Sequence record: DRR378314_1835
Reading direction: 5' to 3' (one strand)
DNA length: 64,000 nt
A program made the translations under genes and the position numbers. This document shows, in pieces, positions 30,186-40,731 of the stretch. The notes below the pieces were generated by a model, which was not told where the DNA came from, did no database searches, and was given only the letters and a program-made list of their open reading frames with translations. How positions within the stretch are numbered: the stretch's first letter is position 1; each line of letters starts with the position of its first letter.

Positions 30186-31196
30186 ATGAGGCCAATTATT
30201 ATGAGTTCACACTATGTGCAGCAACAGCAGCAAATAAGTAAAGTTAAACAATTTTTTTCACAGCAACTGGAAAAACAGCTTGGATTAGTTGAAGTTCAGG
30301 CACCAATTTTGGCAAAAGTAGGTGATGGGATCCAAGATAACTTAAGCGGTACTGAAAATGCAGTTAGCGTGAGCGTTAAAGCGATTCCTGGCAGTCAGTT
30401 TGAAGTAGTGCACTCACTAGCAAAATGGAAACGAAAAACGTTGGCTCAATATGGTTTCGCTGTTGGAGAGGGGTTGTATACCCACATGAAGGCACTGCGC
30501 CCTGATGAGGAATCTTTGAGTCCAATTCATTCTGTATATGTTGATCAATGGGATTGGGAGAAAGTGATTTGTGCAAGTTCAGAGCGCTCCCTAGATAAGT
30601 TAAAACAGACAGTTAAATCACTGTATCAAGGCTTAAAAGCCACGGAGAAGTTTGTTGCTGATGAATTTGGCATTAGCGGGTTTTTACCAGCAGACATTAC
30701 CTTCATTCACTCTGAGCAACTACGCCAAATGTACCCTGATTTCACAGCAAAGCAGCGAGAAAAAGCCATAGCTAAAGAGTATGGGGCGGTCTTTTTAATT
30801 GGTATTGGTGGTCAGCTTGGTGATGCAAAAATACATGATGTGCGAGCACCAGATTACGATGATTGGTCTAGCGCGACATGTGAGAAATACAGCGGCTTAA
30901 ATGGTGATATTATCGTATGGAACCCTGTGCTTGAAGATGCGTTTGAGATTTCATCAATGGGTATTCGCGTTGATGCCGAGGCTCTTGTAAAACAACTTGA
31001 AATTACCGCAGATCAAGCTAGATTAGAATTTGATTGGCATAAGCAGCTTTTGGCAAATGAATTTCCGCAAACAATTGGGGGTGGAATCGGTCAGTCACGT
31101 TTAGCAATGCTGCTTTTACAAAAACCACATATAGGGCAAGTTCAAGTGGGTGTTTGGAATGAGCAACTAAAACAAGAAGTCGCTGACATTCTATAG
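30186..31196 (+). CDS. asnA: aspartate-ammonia ligase (start may be 30201)
   Basis: [29 protein letters not shown]. Confidence 0.98.
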   Translation: MRPIIMSSHYVQQQQQISKVKQFFSQQLEKQLGLVEVQAPILAKVGDGIQDNLSGTENAVSVSVKAIPGSQFEVVHSLAKWKRKTLAQYGFAVGEGLYTHMKALRPDEESLSPIHSVYVDQWDWEKVICASSERSLDKLKQTVKSLYQGLKATEKFVADEFGISGFLPADITFIHSEQLRQMYPDFTAKQREKAIAKEYGAVFLIGIGGQLGDAKIHDVRAPDYDDWSSATCEKYSGLNGDIIVWNPVLEDAFEISSMGIRVDAEALVKQLEITADQARLEFDWHKQLLANEFPQTIGGGIGQSRLAMLLLQKPHIGQVQVGVWNEQLKQEVADIL

Positions 31197-31210
31197 CGCA
31201 TAAATAATTC

Positions 31211-31269
31211 AACCTGAACTCTGGTTGAGATATGTACAAATGTATTTATCTACCTCCAGAATTCAGGTT
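31211..31269. repeat. 59-bp imperfect palindrome (REP/MITE-like or bidirectional terminator)
   Basis: AACCTGAACTCTGG ... CCAGAATTCAGGTT arms with partly paired interior. Confidence 0.65.
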
Positions 31270-31306
31270 AATTTATGAGATTCAGCAACATCGCCACAGG
31301 GTTCCA

Positions 31307-32911
31307 TTAGCTGGTTTTGAATTCGACTTCAATTTTACCTTCTTGCAATTTTACATTGCATGGAGGGTAATTACGGTTAGTTTTTAACACTTTATCAAAA
31401 ATATGAATTTCCACACCGGGGTGAAGCACTTTATTAACTGCTAAGTTTGCATTATTAAGTATGTCATGTAAGTGCTTTTCTAATTTCGATAATCGCTTTT
31501 CAAGTTGTTCAGCTTCTTGGCAATAGTGCTGCTGCGTTGCACCAATTTTAGCGAGAAGTTGTTTTTTCTTTTCTAGATCTTTTACTAAATCTGCTTTCTC
31601 AATTGCTGATTGTAAGGTATCAAGTTGGCTATCTGTTTTGGCTAGCTCCTTAAAGCAATCATCTGTCTCTTCTGTTACTTCTCTTCCTGAAGCAGCTAAG
31701 TTTATCTGCATTTTAGCGCCAGATTCATTACCTATTTCGCCCGCGATTATCATTCCCGCATCAAGTATTTCACCACCAAAAATTTTTCCTTGCGGGTTAT
31801 CTTTTTGACCAACTTGTAATAAGTGAGTTGCTTTCATCACGCAATGACTTGATTGACGTTCGATAAAAATATTTTCACCACTTAGGTAACTATATTGTGC
31901 ATGTGATAGGTAAATACTACCTTGACTGATTATTTTGCAAGAGAGTGACTTATCGTCAAGTTGGTGGCCAATAACACCTTGCTTGATGGTAATACTGCCT
32001 TGTGCAGTTAGCTCTCCTGACTCAACCGTACCCATCACTGTAATGTCGCCTTTGGCAGTAACCTTCATTCCAGGCTCTATATTTTGTGTAACGATAACGC
32101 TGCCATCAAAATTAATATGGCCGCTTTTTACATTGACGTCTTTCACTGTGTAAATATCATCAACACGCATGCCATTAGCTATCTCTATAGGCACACCCGA
32201 AATAGTAGAGACTAGCTCCAACGGATTGGTTTTTGATATTTCTGTGCCATCACCAGCGACCAATGAGAAGCTTTCACCTGGTTTGGCTTGGAGTGAATCA
32301 CCTGTAACTGTAAAACCCTCTTTACCTGGCGTTGCCGGTAATTGCTGTAATAGCAATGTGCCAGGTTCAACACTGGCAAGCTTGCCGAAATCACGCATGT
32401 CTACTGTTCCGTCTTCACGTAGTTTTGGCGATTTTAAGCGTTCTTTGAGAGTTTCTACGTGAGGAATCAGTCGCGATGATTGTCCATCAACTGGAAGCCG
32501 ACCTTTAGCAAGGACGCCTTTGGCAGTTTGCCCTGCTGCCATTTCAAACTGTTGTTGTAATAAGTGTTCTAAAAATGCTTGTTTATAACCACGGGAAACG
32601 CCTGACTTTACTAGTAGTTGTTTAGCCGTGTCTAGGTCGAGTATATCCCCACCTTCGGCTAAGGTTAACTCACCTGTAGCAAGCATCTTTTCACTATCAA
32701 TGGTTACCACGAGCTTAGCGTCATGTTTACTAGCAACAACCAGGGTGCGTTCGTTATTTGGTGCATCGAAATAGGCTTTTATAGAGTCGTGCTCTACTCG
32801 GTACTCGCAAAACTGCGAGCGCTCAAGAGCCTCGGTTACGAAGGCCGCACTAGGAGGTGAATGCTCTACAACATCCAGTAATACATTTCCGTTATGGGCA
32901 AGCTTAAACAC
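31307..32911 (-). CDS. DUF342/FapA-family protein
   Basis: GTVDMRDFG, PGKEGFTVTG, SGHINFDGSV, coiled coil, HPGVEI; GTG start. Confidence 0.88.
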   Translation of the reverse strand: MFKLAHNGNVLLDVVEHSPPSAAFVTEALERSQFCEYRVEHDSIKAYFDAPNNERTLVVASKHDAKLVVTIDSEKMLATGELTLAEGGDILDLDTAKQLLVKSGVSRGYKQAFLEHLLQQQFEMAAGQTAKGVLAKGRLPVDGQSSRLIPHVETLKERLKSPKLREDGTVDMRDFGKLASVEPGTLLLQQLPATPGKEGFTVTGDSLQAKPGESFSLVAGDGTEISKTNPLELVSTISGVPIEIANGMRVDDIYTVKDVNVKSGHINFDGSVIVTQNIEPGMKVTAKGDITVMGTVESGELTAQGSITIKQGVIGHQLDDKSLSCKIISQGSIYLSHAQYSYLSGENIFIERQSSHCVMKATHLLQVGQKDNPQGKIFGGEILDAGMIIAGEIGNESGAKMQINLAASGREVTEETDDCFKELAKTDSQLDTLQSAIEKADLVKDLEKKKQLLAKIGATQQHYCQEAEQLEKRLSKLEKHLHDILNNANLAVNKVLHPGVEIHIFDKVLKTNRNYPPCNVKLQEGKIEVEFKTS

Positions 32912-33031
32912 ACATTATCCTTTTACACTACTAAAGTTAAAGGTTATCAAAATTTATAACCATAGAGTGCTAGAGAATTTAGGAACTGTCAAGGTATTAG
33001 GAGAGCAGAGCAAGTAGGTTGAAATCGTTGG

Positions 33032-33072
33032 CAAACACTTGTTTAGTCATAACATACTTAAACAAGTGCTTG
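33032..33072 (-). terminator. hairpin after ridA
   Basis: CACTTGTTTA...TAAACAAGTG inverted repeat. Confidence 0.5.
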
Positions 33073-33082
33073 GCTTATAAGG

Positions 33083-33475
33083 TTAGTTTGTTGATGGCAG
33101 TTCCATGATGCCATCAATCTCAATTTGTACATTCTTTGGTAATGCGCGAACACCGATTGCTGCGCGTGCAGGGTAGGGCGCTTTAAAGTACTGGCTCATT
33201 ACCTCATTAACTGTGGCAAAGTTTGATAAGTCAGTAAGATAAATGTTCACTTTTACTAAGTCTTGAATTGTACCACCTGCTTCAGCACAGACTGCGCTGA
33301 TATTCTTAAATACTTGGTGTGTTTGCTCTGCGAAGTCTTCTGATATTACTTGCATGCTTGCAGGAACAAGTGGGATTTGACCAGATAAGTACACTGCGGT
33401 GCCCACTTTTACTGCTTGGCTATAAGTACCGATTGCAGCAGGTGCATCATCGGTAGAAATAAATGCTTTATTCAT
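33083..33475 (-). CDS. ridA: RidA/YjgF enamine deaminase
   Basis: APAAIGTYSQA, SGQIP, YPARAA, EID. Confidence 0.93.
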   Translation of the reverse strand: MNKAFISTDDAPAAIGTYSQAVKVGTAVYLSGQIPLVPASMQVISEDFAEQTHQVFKNISAVCAEAGGTIQDLVKVNIYLTDLSNFATVNEVMSQYFKAPYPARAAIGVRALPKNVQIEIDGIMELPSTN

Positions 33476-33486
33476 GATTGTCCTAT

Positions 33487-35592
33487 TTATTTTTTTCGAT
33501 AGACTTTTTGCACATCAGGCATAACCCTGATTCGGCGCATAATATTGGCAACGTGAACACGGTTTTTCACTGTTATGCCAAGGTCTATCACATAGAGGTT
33601 ACTTTCTTTTTCGTCGGTGGCTATTTCTACAATGTTTGCTTGTGTAGTCGCAACAACATTGGTCAATTTAGCCAGTGCACCTTGATGGTTAATTATTTCA
33701 ACACGCAGTGCAGCTATATATTCTTTTTCAGGGTTGTCATCCCATTTCACTACGAGGTATTTAGAGCGCTCAGACTCCCAACCACGAATGTTTTTACATT
33801 CTTGGCGATGTACAGTAACGCCTTTACCTTGACTGATATGTGCGGTAATGGCATCTCCGGGTACTGGGCGACAACATTTAGAGTAGTTTACCAACATTCC
33901 TTCAGTGCCAATTATGGTTGCTTTGGCATTTTTGGCTATGTCACTTAAATCTTCATCATCATTTTGTAATAAGCGTCGGGCAATAAGCATACTCATTAAA
34001 TTACCAGCGCCAATTTCGACTAACAGTTCTAGTACGGTATTTAAGTTATGTTCGTTCAGTACACGAGTTATATTTTCATCAGGTAAATCGTTTAAATTTG
34101 ATTCGCCCAATGCTGAGTCGAGTAAACGACGACCCAGTTGTAACGCTTCTTCCTGGTGTTGATTTTTTAAATAGTTACGAATACCTAATCGGGCTTTACC
34201 AGTCACAATAAAGTTAAGCCATGTTGCATTTGGGTGCGCGCCAGAGCTGGTGATAATCTCTACAGTTTGGCCAGTATCTAATGCTTTACTTAACGGATGA
34301 GGCTTACGATTAACCCGAGCTCCAACACAGGTGTTGCCTACGTCAGTATGAACCGCATATGCAAAATCAACAGCTGTTGCGCCCATTGGTAATTCAACTA
34401 TGCGGCCATCGGGTGTAAATACATATATCTCTTCAGGGAAAAGTTCTGTTTTAACGTTTTCAACAAACTCAAATGAAGATCCAGCACTTTGCTGAAGTTC
34501 CAGTAGGCTTTGCATCCACTGGCGTGCTCGTTGTTGTGCTGTATGGCCGGCACCATCACCTGATTTTTTATACATCCAGTGCGCAGCAACCCCTTTATCA
34601 GCCATGTGATCCATGTCGTGAGTTCGAATTTGTATTTCGACAGGGATACCGTGAGGTCCAACTAAGGAAGTATGCAGCGATTGATAACCATTCGTTTTAG
34701 GCACCGCTATGTAATCTTTAAAACGTGTTTCAATGGGTTTGTAAAGATTGTGCGCAACACCGAGTACTCGATAACAAGTGTCCATGGAGTCAACAGCGAT
34801 TCTAAAGGCGTATATATCCATAACTTCATTGAAAAGCAGTTCTTTGTTTAGCATTTTTTTATAAATACTATATAAATGCTTCTCACGACCTGAAACACCT
34901 GCTTTTATGCCGGCTTCTTCAAGACGTGCTGTAATTTCAGTTTGAATATTGGAAATAACTTCTTTGCGATTACCACGTGCTTTTGCCACTTCGGATTTAA
35001 GTGCGCGATGACGCATAGGGTAGAGTGCTTGAAAGCCAAGATCTTCTAACTCGTTTTTAATGTCATGAATACCTAAACGGTTAGCTATTGGCGCGTAAAT
35101 CTCAAGCGTTTCACGTGCTATGCGACGACGTTTATCAGGGCGAAGAGCCCCTAAAGTGCGCATGTTATGTGTACGGTCGGCAAGTTTGATTAAAATAACG
35201 CGAATATCCTGCGTCATGGCCATAATCATTTTACGATAGTTTTCAGCTTGAAATTCTTTTTTATCCTTGAAGCTGAGTTTATCGAGTTTACTAACCCCTT
35301 CAACCAACTCCGCGACGGTGTCACCAAATATATCGGCTAAGTCTTGTTGACTAAAGTCGGTGTCTTCAATGACGTCATGCATTAATGCAGCCATGAGAGT
35401 TTCATGGTCTAAATGCATACCAGCAAGGATGTGAGTTACTTCAACTGGGTGAGTAATATAGGGTTCGCCGCTTGAGCGAGTTTGCCCCTCGTGCGCTTCG
35501 CGAGCGACAACATAGGCTTTTTGCACCAGTTCTACATCTGCCGATGGCAAATATTCTGATATTTTCTTTTTTAGACCTTCAAAAAGATACAT
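33487..35592 (-). CDS. spoT: bifunctional (p)ppGpp synthetase/hydrolase
   Basis: HEGQTRSSGEPYITHP, HDVIED, NGYQSLHT, TGS and ACT regions. Confidence 0.99.
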   Translation of the reverse strand: MYLFEGLKKKISEYLPSADVELVQKAYVVAREAHEGQTRSSGEPYITHPVEVTHILAGMHLDHETLMAALMHDVIEDTDFSQQDLADIFGDTVAELVEGVSKLDKLSFKDKKEFQAENYRKMIMAMTQDIRVILIKLADRTHNMRTLGALRPDKRRRIARETLEIYAPIANRLGIHDIKNELEDLGFQALYPMRHRALKSEVAKARGNRKEVISNIQTEITARLEEAGIKAGVSGREKHLYSIYKKMLNKELLFNEVMDIYAFRIAVDSMDTCYRVLGVAHNLYKPIETRFKDYIAVPKTNGYQSLHTSLVGPHGIPVEIQIRTHDMDHMADKGVAAHWMYKKSGDGAGHTAQQRARQWMQSLLELQQSAGSSFEFVENVKTELFPEEIYVFTPDGRIVELPMGATAVDFAYAVHTDVGNTCVGARVNRKPHPLSKALDTGQTVEIITSSGAHPNATWLNFIVTGKARLGIRNYLKNQHQEEALQLGRRLLDSALGESNLNDLPDENITRVLNEHNLNTVLELLVEIGAGNLMSMLIARRLLQNDDEDLSDIAKNAKATIIGTEGMLVNYSKCCRPVPGDAITAHISQGKGVTVHRQECKNIRGWESERSKYLVVKWDDNPEKEYIAALRVEIINHQGALAKLTNVVATTQANIVEIATDEKESNLYVIDLGITVKNRVHVANIMRRIRVMPDVQKVYRKK

Positions 35593-35720
35593 TCACACTC
35601 CAATGTTCTCGTGAAGCAAATAGGTAACGGTATGTTAAGAATATACGATGAAAAGAAGGGATTGCCAACGGCTAGAGTAGAAATACTAAGCCGTTGACGA
35701 AATCAGACCGGGAAGTCGGA

Positions 35721-35996
35721 TTATTGGTTGCCACCTACAATAGCAGCAACGGCAGCCATTTCAGCCGCTTCTTGGTGTTGTTGCTCTTCACGATCAATAA
35801 CATCCATTGATGAGCTATCAACTAAACCAAGTTCAATTTCACGTAAAGCAACCACTGTTGGTTTATCGTTTTCAGGGTCAACTAGTGGGTTTTTACCGCC
35901 CACAGCAATTTGGCGGGCACGACGAGCCGCAACTAAAATTAAGTCAAAACGATTACCAATTGCATCTACTGCATCTTCAACAGTTACGCGAGCCAT
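35721..35996 (-). CDS. rpoZ: RNA polymerase omega subunit
   Basis: [26 protein letters not shown]. Confidence 0.99.
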   Translation of the reverse strand: MARVTVEDAVDAIGNRFDLILVAARRARQIAVGGKNPLVDPENDKPTVVALREIELGLVDSSSMDVIDREEQQHQEAAEMAAVAAIVGGNQ

Positions 35997-36100
35997 CTTC
36001 AGCACTCCAAATAAATTTTTAAGCAAAGACGTAGTTTACTGCACCCAGTAAGATTCGCCAATAGCTAGTGGTTAATTTTTATCTATAAATATATAAACAG

Positions 36101-36721
36101 CTATTTTATTAAGTCAGTAATAAGGCTTTGATGGCGAACAGACTGGCACTTTAAAGATAAACGCTTAGCAAGCACTATTGTTTCTATCTGTGTTAATGCC
36201 GTGTCGAAATCGTCATTAATTACAACGTAATCATACTCGTCGTAATGAGAGCTTTCTGACTGTGCTTGTGCCATGCGCCCAGCAATAACCTCTGCTGAGT
36301 CTTGACCACGATTGTTTAAACGAGTTTCTAGTTCTTCTTTTGACGGGGGTAGAATAAAGATCGTTTCAATATCATCAACTAGCTTGCGCATTTGTTGTGC
36401 GCCTTGCCAATCAATATCTAAAAATACATCAATACCCGCAGCGAGTTGCTCTTCGATAGCTTGTTTAGATGTGCCGTAATAATTATCAAATACTTGAGCC
36501 CATTCAAAGAAGTCATTTTTATCAATGAGCGACTTAAATTCATCAACGGATACAAAATGGTAATGCACACCATTATCTTCACCAGGTCGAGGTGAGCGAG
36601 TTGTGTGAGATACAGATACTTTCATATCTGCATGTTTTGCTAATAACGCATTTATTAAGCTTGATTTACCTGCTCCCGAAGGGGCTGATAGAATAAATAG
36701 ATTTCCGCGATTTTGTGCCAT
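36101..36721 (-). CDS. gmk: guanylate kinase
   Basis: [30 protein letters not shown]. Confidence 0.99.
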   Translation of the reverse strand: MAQNRGNLFILSAPSGAGKSSLINALLAKHADMKVSVSHTTRSPRPGEDNGVHYHFVSVDEFKSLIDKNDFFEWAQVFDNYYGTSKQAIEEQLAAGIDVFLDIDWQGAQQMRKLVDDIETIFILPPSKEELETRLNNRGQDSAEVIAGRMAQAQSESSHYDEYDYVVINDDFDTALTQIETIVLAKRLSLKCQSVRHQSLITDLIK

Positions 36722-36864
36722 GCTTGTTACCTAAAATAAACAGGCTTAGCGTTAATGGAGCTAAGCCTTAATTACATTATTGTACTGTATTTATCTCACC
36801 TGACTCAACTATCAACCAAATTGAGCGTAGTGAATCCTGTTGCTCGCCTATTTTCAAAAAAGAC

Positions 36865-36899
36865 TCGCATAATGCAAAAAACCAAGTTGCAAGATGCAT
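36865..36899. promoter_or_regulatory. two LuxO-type enhancer boxes
   Basis: TCGCA-TAA-TGCAA (36865) and TTGCA-AGA-TGCAT (36887). Confidence 0.7.
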
Positions 36900-36940
36900 T
36901 GTTAAATATGTTTAGTGTTAATTTTCAATAGGTTAAATTT

Positions 36941-36956
36941 TGGAATGAAGCCTGCA
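36941..36956 (+). promoter_or_regulatory. sigma-54 promoter
   Basis: TGGAATGAAGCCTGCA (GG-N10-GC); IHF-like TTTCAATAGGTTA at 36923-36935. Confidence 0.65.
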
Positions 36957-36990
36957 TTGGTATACCCACTTAACTTATGAGGGGTATCTA

Positions 36991-39183
36991 ATGAAATTAA
37001 CCTATTTAGCAAAAGCATGTATATTGCTACTCCCATGCACCGCGTATAGTCAGTCATTTGATACGTGTCCAAGCCAAGCATTCTTAATGCAAGACGCAAA
37101 TGCTCAGCTCTACGGAATAGACTTGGTCTCTGCAAAGCCCACCGTTTTAGCTTCTCAATTAACCTTTTCTACAGAAGCAAACAACGAAAGCGTCAATGCA
37201 ATTGGTTTTAATTATAAAGATCAGTATTTATATGGCTTCAGCCGCCAAGCACCTAAAAGTGTGGTGCAGATCGGCAGTGGTTACGAGATGACCCGCCTTG
37301 ATATCTCAGGCCTTCCAGACACTAATTTTTATGTTGGTGATGTTCGTGTCACTGGTGAAGAAGCGGCACAAAGTGCTGCATATTATGTTTATTCGCCTAA
37401 CTTTGGGCTGTATGAAATTGATTTGGATGGTGACTTAAACGCACCTATCACCGCTAACCTTATGCCTGGTACCGTTAATTGGAAACTAGGGATTTATGAC
37501 TTTGCATTTCACCCCCAAAGTAACTTGCTTTATGCGGTTGAATCAAATGGCGATTTACATGAAATAGATGTCGATGCGAACACCAGTAAGTTTATAACGC
37601 AGCTAGACATTGGCACAGATACAGGGGCTTTCGGGGCAGCCTACTTTGATATTAATGGCCAATTTTATTTTAGTAATAATAGAAGCGGTAAAATTCATAA
37701 AGTGGATTTAAGTACCAGCCCTGTTGTGGATTACACGCCGGTGGCCAATGTATTTACGTCTGGGCCTAAATCAAGTCAAAATGATGGTGCTCGTTGTGCT
37801 ATCGCTGAAGTTAAGGTTACTGACAGTTCAATTGATTTTGGTGATGCACCTCTGCCATACCGCACAAGTCTAGCGCAAAGTGGTGCAAGACACTTATTCG
37901 ACCCAAATAGCGATAATACTAATCTAATTTATTTAGGCGCAACGGTTGATGGTGAAAACATCAACACTGACAGTGAGCTTGCTTCTAACCCAGTTGACGC
38001 ATCAGATGATGGAGTTAGTTTTGTTACTGCGTTTTCTGCAGGGCAATCAAGTCAAATTATCGTGAATGCTTCAGCGGGCAGCTATTTATACGCCTGGTTT
38101 GATTGGGATCAAAATGGTGTTTTTAGTGAAACTGAGCGAATGGTGACTAAGACTGTTCTTAGTAAAGGTGACAACAGCATTTTAGTTGATGTACCTAACA
38201 ACACAAAGTCAGGCCAAACTTGGGCACGTTTTAGGGTTACAGATGGTACAGAGGCATCGTTAATCACTGCTACTGGTGGAGTATTGGGTGGTGAAGTCGA
38301 AGATTATGAAATTACCACATTTGCCAGCGCTGTTTACCCTGGTGAAAGTGATTGGGTTACCCTTGCCTATGAGGATAAATGGCCATTTGCAGGAGACTAT
38401 GACTTCAATGATGTTGTTTTAAATTATCGCACCACGCAATTAATTGAAGGTAGTAATGTTGTTGGTTACAGAATTGAAGGTCAACTAATAGGAATAGGCG
38501 CAACTTACCATAATGGGTTTGCAGTTAGCTTAAAGGAAACGGTTGGCAGCAACACATTGACTGTTTTACGCAGCGAAGTGGATGAGGAAAACATTACTTA
38601 TCTTATTGATGGCCAATTGCAGAACAAGCAAGTGCTAGAGACAGGACGTGAGAATGCTATTTTAATCTTCATGCAGGACACCTGGGAACATGTAACCACT
38701 CAAACAGGGTGTAGCTACTTTAGAACACAAAAAGATTGTGATGTGAATACTAAAGTGTCGTTTTCAATGACGATTCCTCTAAAGGCGCCTAAAGCCAAAT
38801 CTGTTTCTCCAGGCACATTGTTAGACCCGTTTATTTTTGCAAGCGAGGGGTTTTACCATGGTGATTTTTTAGTTGGCAAAGAGGCGCGTAGTTGGGAGGT
38901 TCATATGAAAAACCAGCAGCCAACAGCGGCCTTTGACACTGCTTTATTTAAATACGCACAGAGCGACGATGTAAGTGAGCCTAGCAGCAACCTATATTTT
39001 CAAACTGAAAATGGTCTGCCGTGGGCAATTGAAGTTGGAACACAATGGTTACATCCTCTTGAAGGGGTTGATATTACAACTGCCTATGATCGTTTCGCTG
39101 GTTTTGCAGAATCTTCAGGGCAACAAAATTCACAATGGTTTAAAAATTACAATGTAGGCAATGTTGTAAAAGGGGAGCAATAA
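36991..39183 (+). CDS. secreted LruC/DUF4842 + GEVED-domain protein (Bmp-like biofilm matrix protein)
   Basis: signal peptide; NDGARC; DFGDAP; GEVEDY; LAYEDKWP..GDYDFNDVV; GLPWAI. Confidence 0.85.
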   Translation: MKLTYLAKACILLLPCTAYSQSFDTCPSQAFLMQDANAQLYGIDLVSAKPTVLASQLTFSTEANNESVNAIGFNYKDQYLYGFSRQAPKSVVQIGSGYEMTRLDISGLPDTNFYVGDVRVTGEEAAQSAAYYVYSPNFGLYEIDLDGDLNAPITANLMPGTVNWKLGIYDFAFHPQSNLLYAVESNGDLHEIDVDANTSKFITQLDIGTDTGAFGAAYFDINGQFYFSNNRSGKIHKVDLSTSPVVDYTPVANVFTSGPKSSQNDGARCAIAEVKVTDSSIDFGDAPLPYRTSLAQSGARHLFDPNSDNTNLIYLGATVDGENINTDSELASNPVDASDDGVSFVTAFSAGQSSQIIVNASAGSYLYAWFDWDQNGVFSETERMVTKTVLSKGDNSILVDVPNNTKSGQTWARFRVTDGTEASLITATGGVLGGEVEDYEITTFASAVYPGESDWVTLAYEDKWPFAGDYDFNDVVLNYRTTQLIEGSNVVGYRIEGQLIGIGATYHNGFAVSLKETVGSNTLTVLRSEVDEENITYLIDGQLQNKQVLETGRENAILIFMQDTWEHVTTQTGCSYFRTQKDCDVNTKVSFSMTIPLKAPKAKSVSPGTLLDPFIFASEGFYHGDFLVGKEARSWEVHMKNQQPTAAFDTALFKYAQSDDVSEPSSNLYFQTENGLPWAIEVGTQWLHPLEGVDITTAYDRFAGFAESSGQQNSQWFKNYNVGNVVKGEQ

Positions 39184-39677
39184 TGAACAAATTAACGATT
39201 ACCTTATGTTTTTCAGTATGCTTAGTTGGGTGTGGTGGAGGCGGTGGTGATGACAAAGCAACATCATCAGTACAATCGGTAGCAGCAACGACAACGACTA
39301 GCGCGGCATCAACAACGGATACCACAACAACTACTACAGACTCTGATTTAACAGGAATGCAAGGGTTAACCATCGCGAATGATTTCAATTTATCGACTAA
39401 GTTTGAGCTGGATATAGACGTAAACCTTAATGCGGGTGATCAACGGGCTTATCTAAATGTGTGCTACAAAAAAGATCAATCAGATCGCGCAGATTACAAT
39501 AACTGCGTTGTTAGGTCTCCTTTAACTCAAGGCATGATAGACACAACGGTGGTGATGAGTCGTCAAGACATTGAGTTAGTAGCTGAAATTTGGTTTTATG
39601 ACTCTAGCACTCAGCCATTATCATATTCATGGCAGTACGACACACAGCAACAGCAGCAGTTATTCGAGATTCGCTAG
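39183..39677 (+). CDS. lipoprotein (Bal-like) with Gly/Thr-rich linker
   Basis: lipobox LVGC then GGGGG and Thr run; coupled to LruC gene. Confidence 0.8.
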   Translation: MNKLTITLCFSVCLVGCGGGGGDDKATSSVQSVAATTTTSAASTTDTTTTTTDSDLTGMQGLTIANDFNLSTKFELDIDVNLNAGDQRAYLNVCYKKDQSDRADYNNCVVRSPLTQGMIDTTVVMSRQDIELVAEIWFYDSSTQPLSYSWQYDTQQQQQLFEIR

Positions 39678-39701
39678 TACTGAGTAGTGGTTAAAAATAT
39701 G

Positions 39702-39730
39702 AAAGAATATACTGAGGTATATTCTTTTTT
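39702..39730 (+). terminator. intrinsic terminator-like hairpin
   Basis: AAAGAATATAC-TGAG-GTATATTCTTTTTT. Confidence 0.7.
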
Positions 39731-39753
39731 CTATGCGTAAAGGTGTATAGAAA

Positions 39754-40716
39754 ATGGTTGATTATATTGAGCAAAAAAAGTCCATAAAGGGCTGGCAAAA
39801 AAGCCTATTAAAGTGGCTGGGAATCGTTGTTTGCATTGTGTGTATTGCCTGCGCATACATTCCCTTCGAGAGTTACTATGGCGATCTTCTTATTTCGTTG
39901 AGAATGCCTTTATTAAGCTTCACAGTAGTGTGTAGTTTATTATTGCTGCTAACAAAATCAAAAGGGGTTGCCTTGCTCATGCTGTTGGCAAGTGCTGTGG
40001 GGCTGGGTACTTTGATCCCTTTGCCGTCATCATCACAATTAAGTAGCCAAGATACTATTAACATTAAGCAAATTAATCTTAGCTATACCAATCCTTTTAT
40101 TGCTGAGCATTTAACTGCCCTTAAAGAGCAAACATGGGATATATTAATTCTACAAGAATTCAGTGATTTGAATCGCCATTTACTTCGCCCATTTTTAACG
40201 CAGGCTGATTTATTTGGCTATCGAGAAGTTGAAGGGATACCTTATGGGATCGTGGTTATTTCACGTTTACCTATCGTTTATAGGCAGCAAATAAAGCTCG
40301 ACGGTGATCGGCTAGGTTATATAAAGCTGCGTGTGCTATTTAAAAACAGGATGATTACAACTTATGTAGCTCACCCACCGTCACCCAGAACGCGACAACA
40401 TTGGCACAGTAGAAACCGTTTATTGGCCTCAATTAACGCATCTGTACTCAGTGAAAAAACACCTTGGTTAGTTGCTGGCGATTTGAATACCGTGCCTTGG
40501 TCATCCTATTTTAATTTTGCACAAGCAAACAGCTGTTATAGCCAAGCGAACGCTTATACTAGCTTTACCCCTTTTGACTTTATTGATTCGGTGTTTACTG
40601 GATTACCCATTGATCATTGTTTATTTAGTCGTGAACTGTCGCTTGAAAACTTGTCTGTGACTCCTTTTAAAGGCAGCGATCACAAAATGCTCAGTTACGC
40701 CCTCGGTGTAAATTAA
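39754..40716 (+). CDS. membrane-anchored endonuclease/exonuclease/phosphatase family protein
   Basis: N-terminal TMs; ILQE, HPPSP, AGDLN, IDH, SDH. Confidence 0.88.
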   Translation: MVDYIEQKKSIKGWQKSLLKWLGIVVCIVCIACAYIPFESYYGDLLISLRMPLLSFTVVCSLLLLLTKSKGVALLMLLASAVGLGTLIPLPSSSQLSSQDTINIKQINLSYTNPFIAEHLTALKEQTWDILILQEFSDLNRHLLRPFLTQADLFGYREVEGIPYGIVVISRLPIVYRQQIKLDGDRLGYIKLRVLFKNRMITTYVAHPPSPRTRQHWHSRNRLLASINASVLSEKTPWLVAGDLNTVPWSSYFNFAQANSCYSQANAYTSFTPFDFIDSVFTGLPIDHCLFSRELSLENLSVTPFKGSDHKMLSYALGVN

Positions 40717-40731
40717 TATCTGAATAGCAAT

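Noticed and set aside
33478-34700. Plus-strand ORFs antisense to spoT (and similar shadows in rplI, dnaB, recQ, recG, DUF4097, regulator and kinase genes)
   Set aside because: Antisense or alternate-frame shadows of well-supported genes, with no recognisable motifs
36770-36860. att-site duplication of the yicC 3' end or an integrase marking a mobilizable island
   Set aside because: Only a gapped, chance-level resemblance (tgaatcctgttgctcg versus tggatctgttctctc); no integrase, transposase or oriT seen
39230-39345. Repetitive ACA/GGT-rich tract as a repeat array
   Set aside because: It simply encodes the Gly/Thr-rich lipoprotein linker
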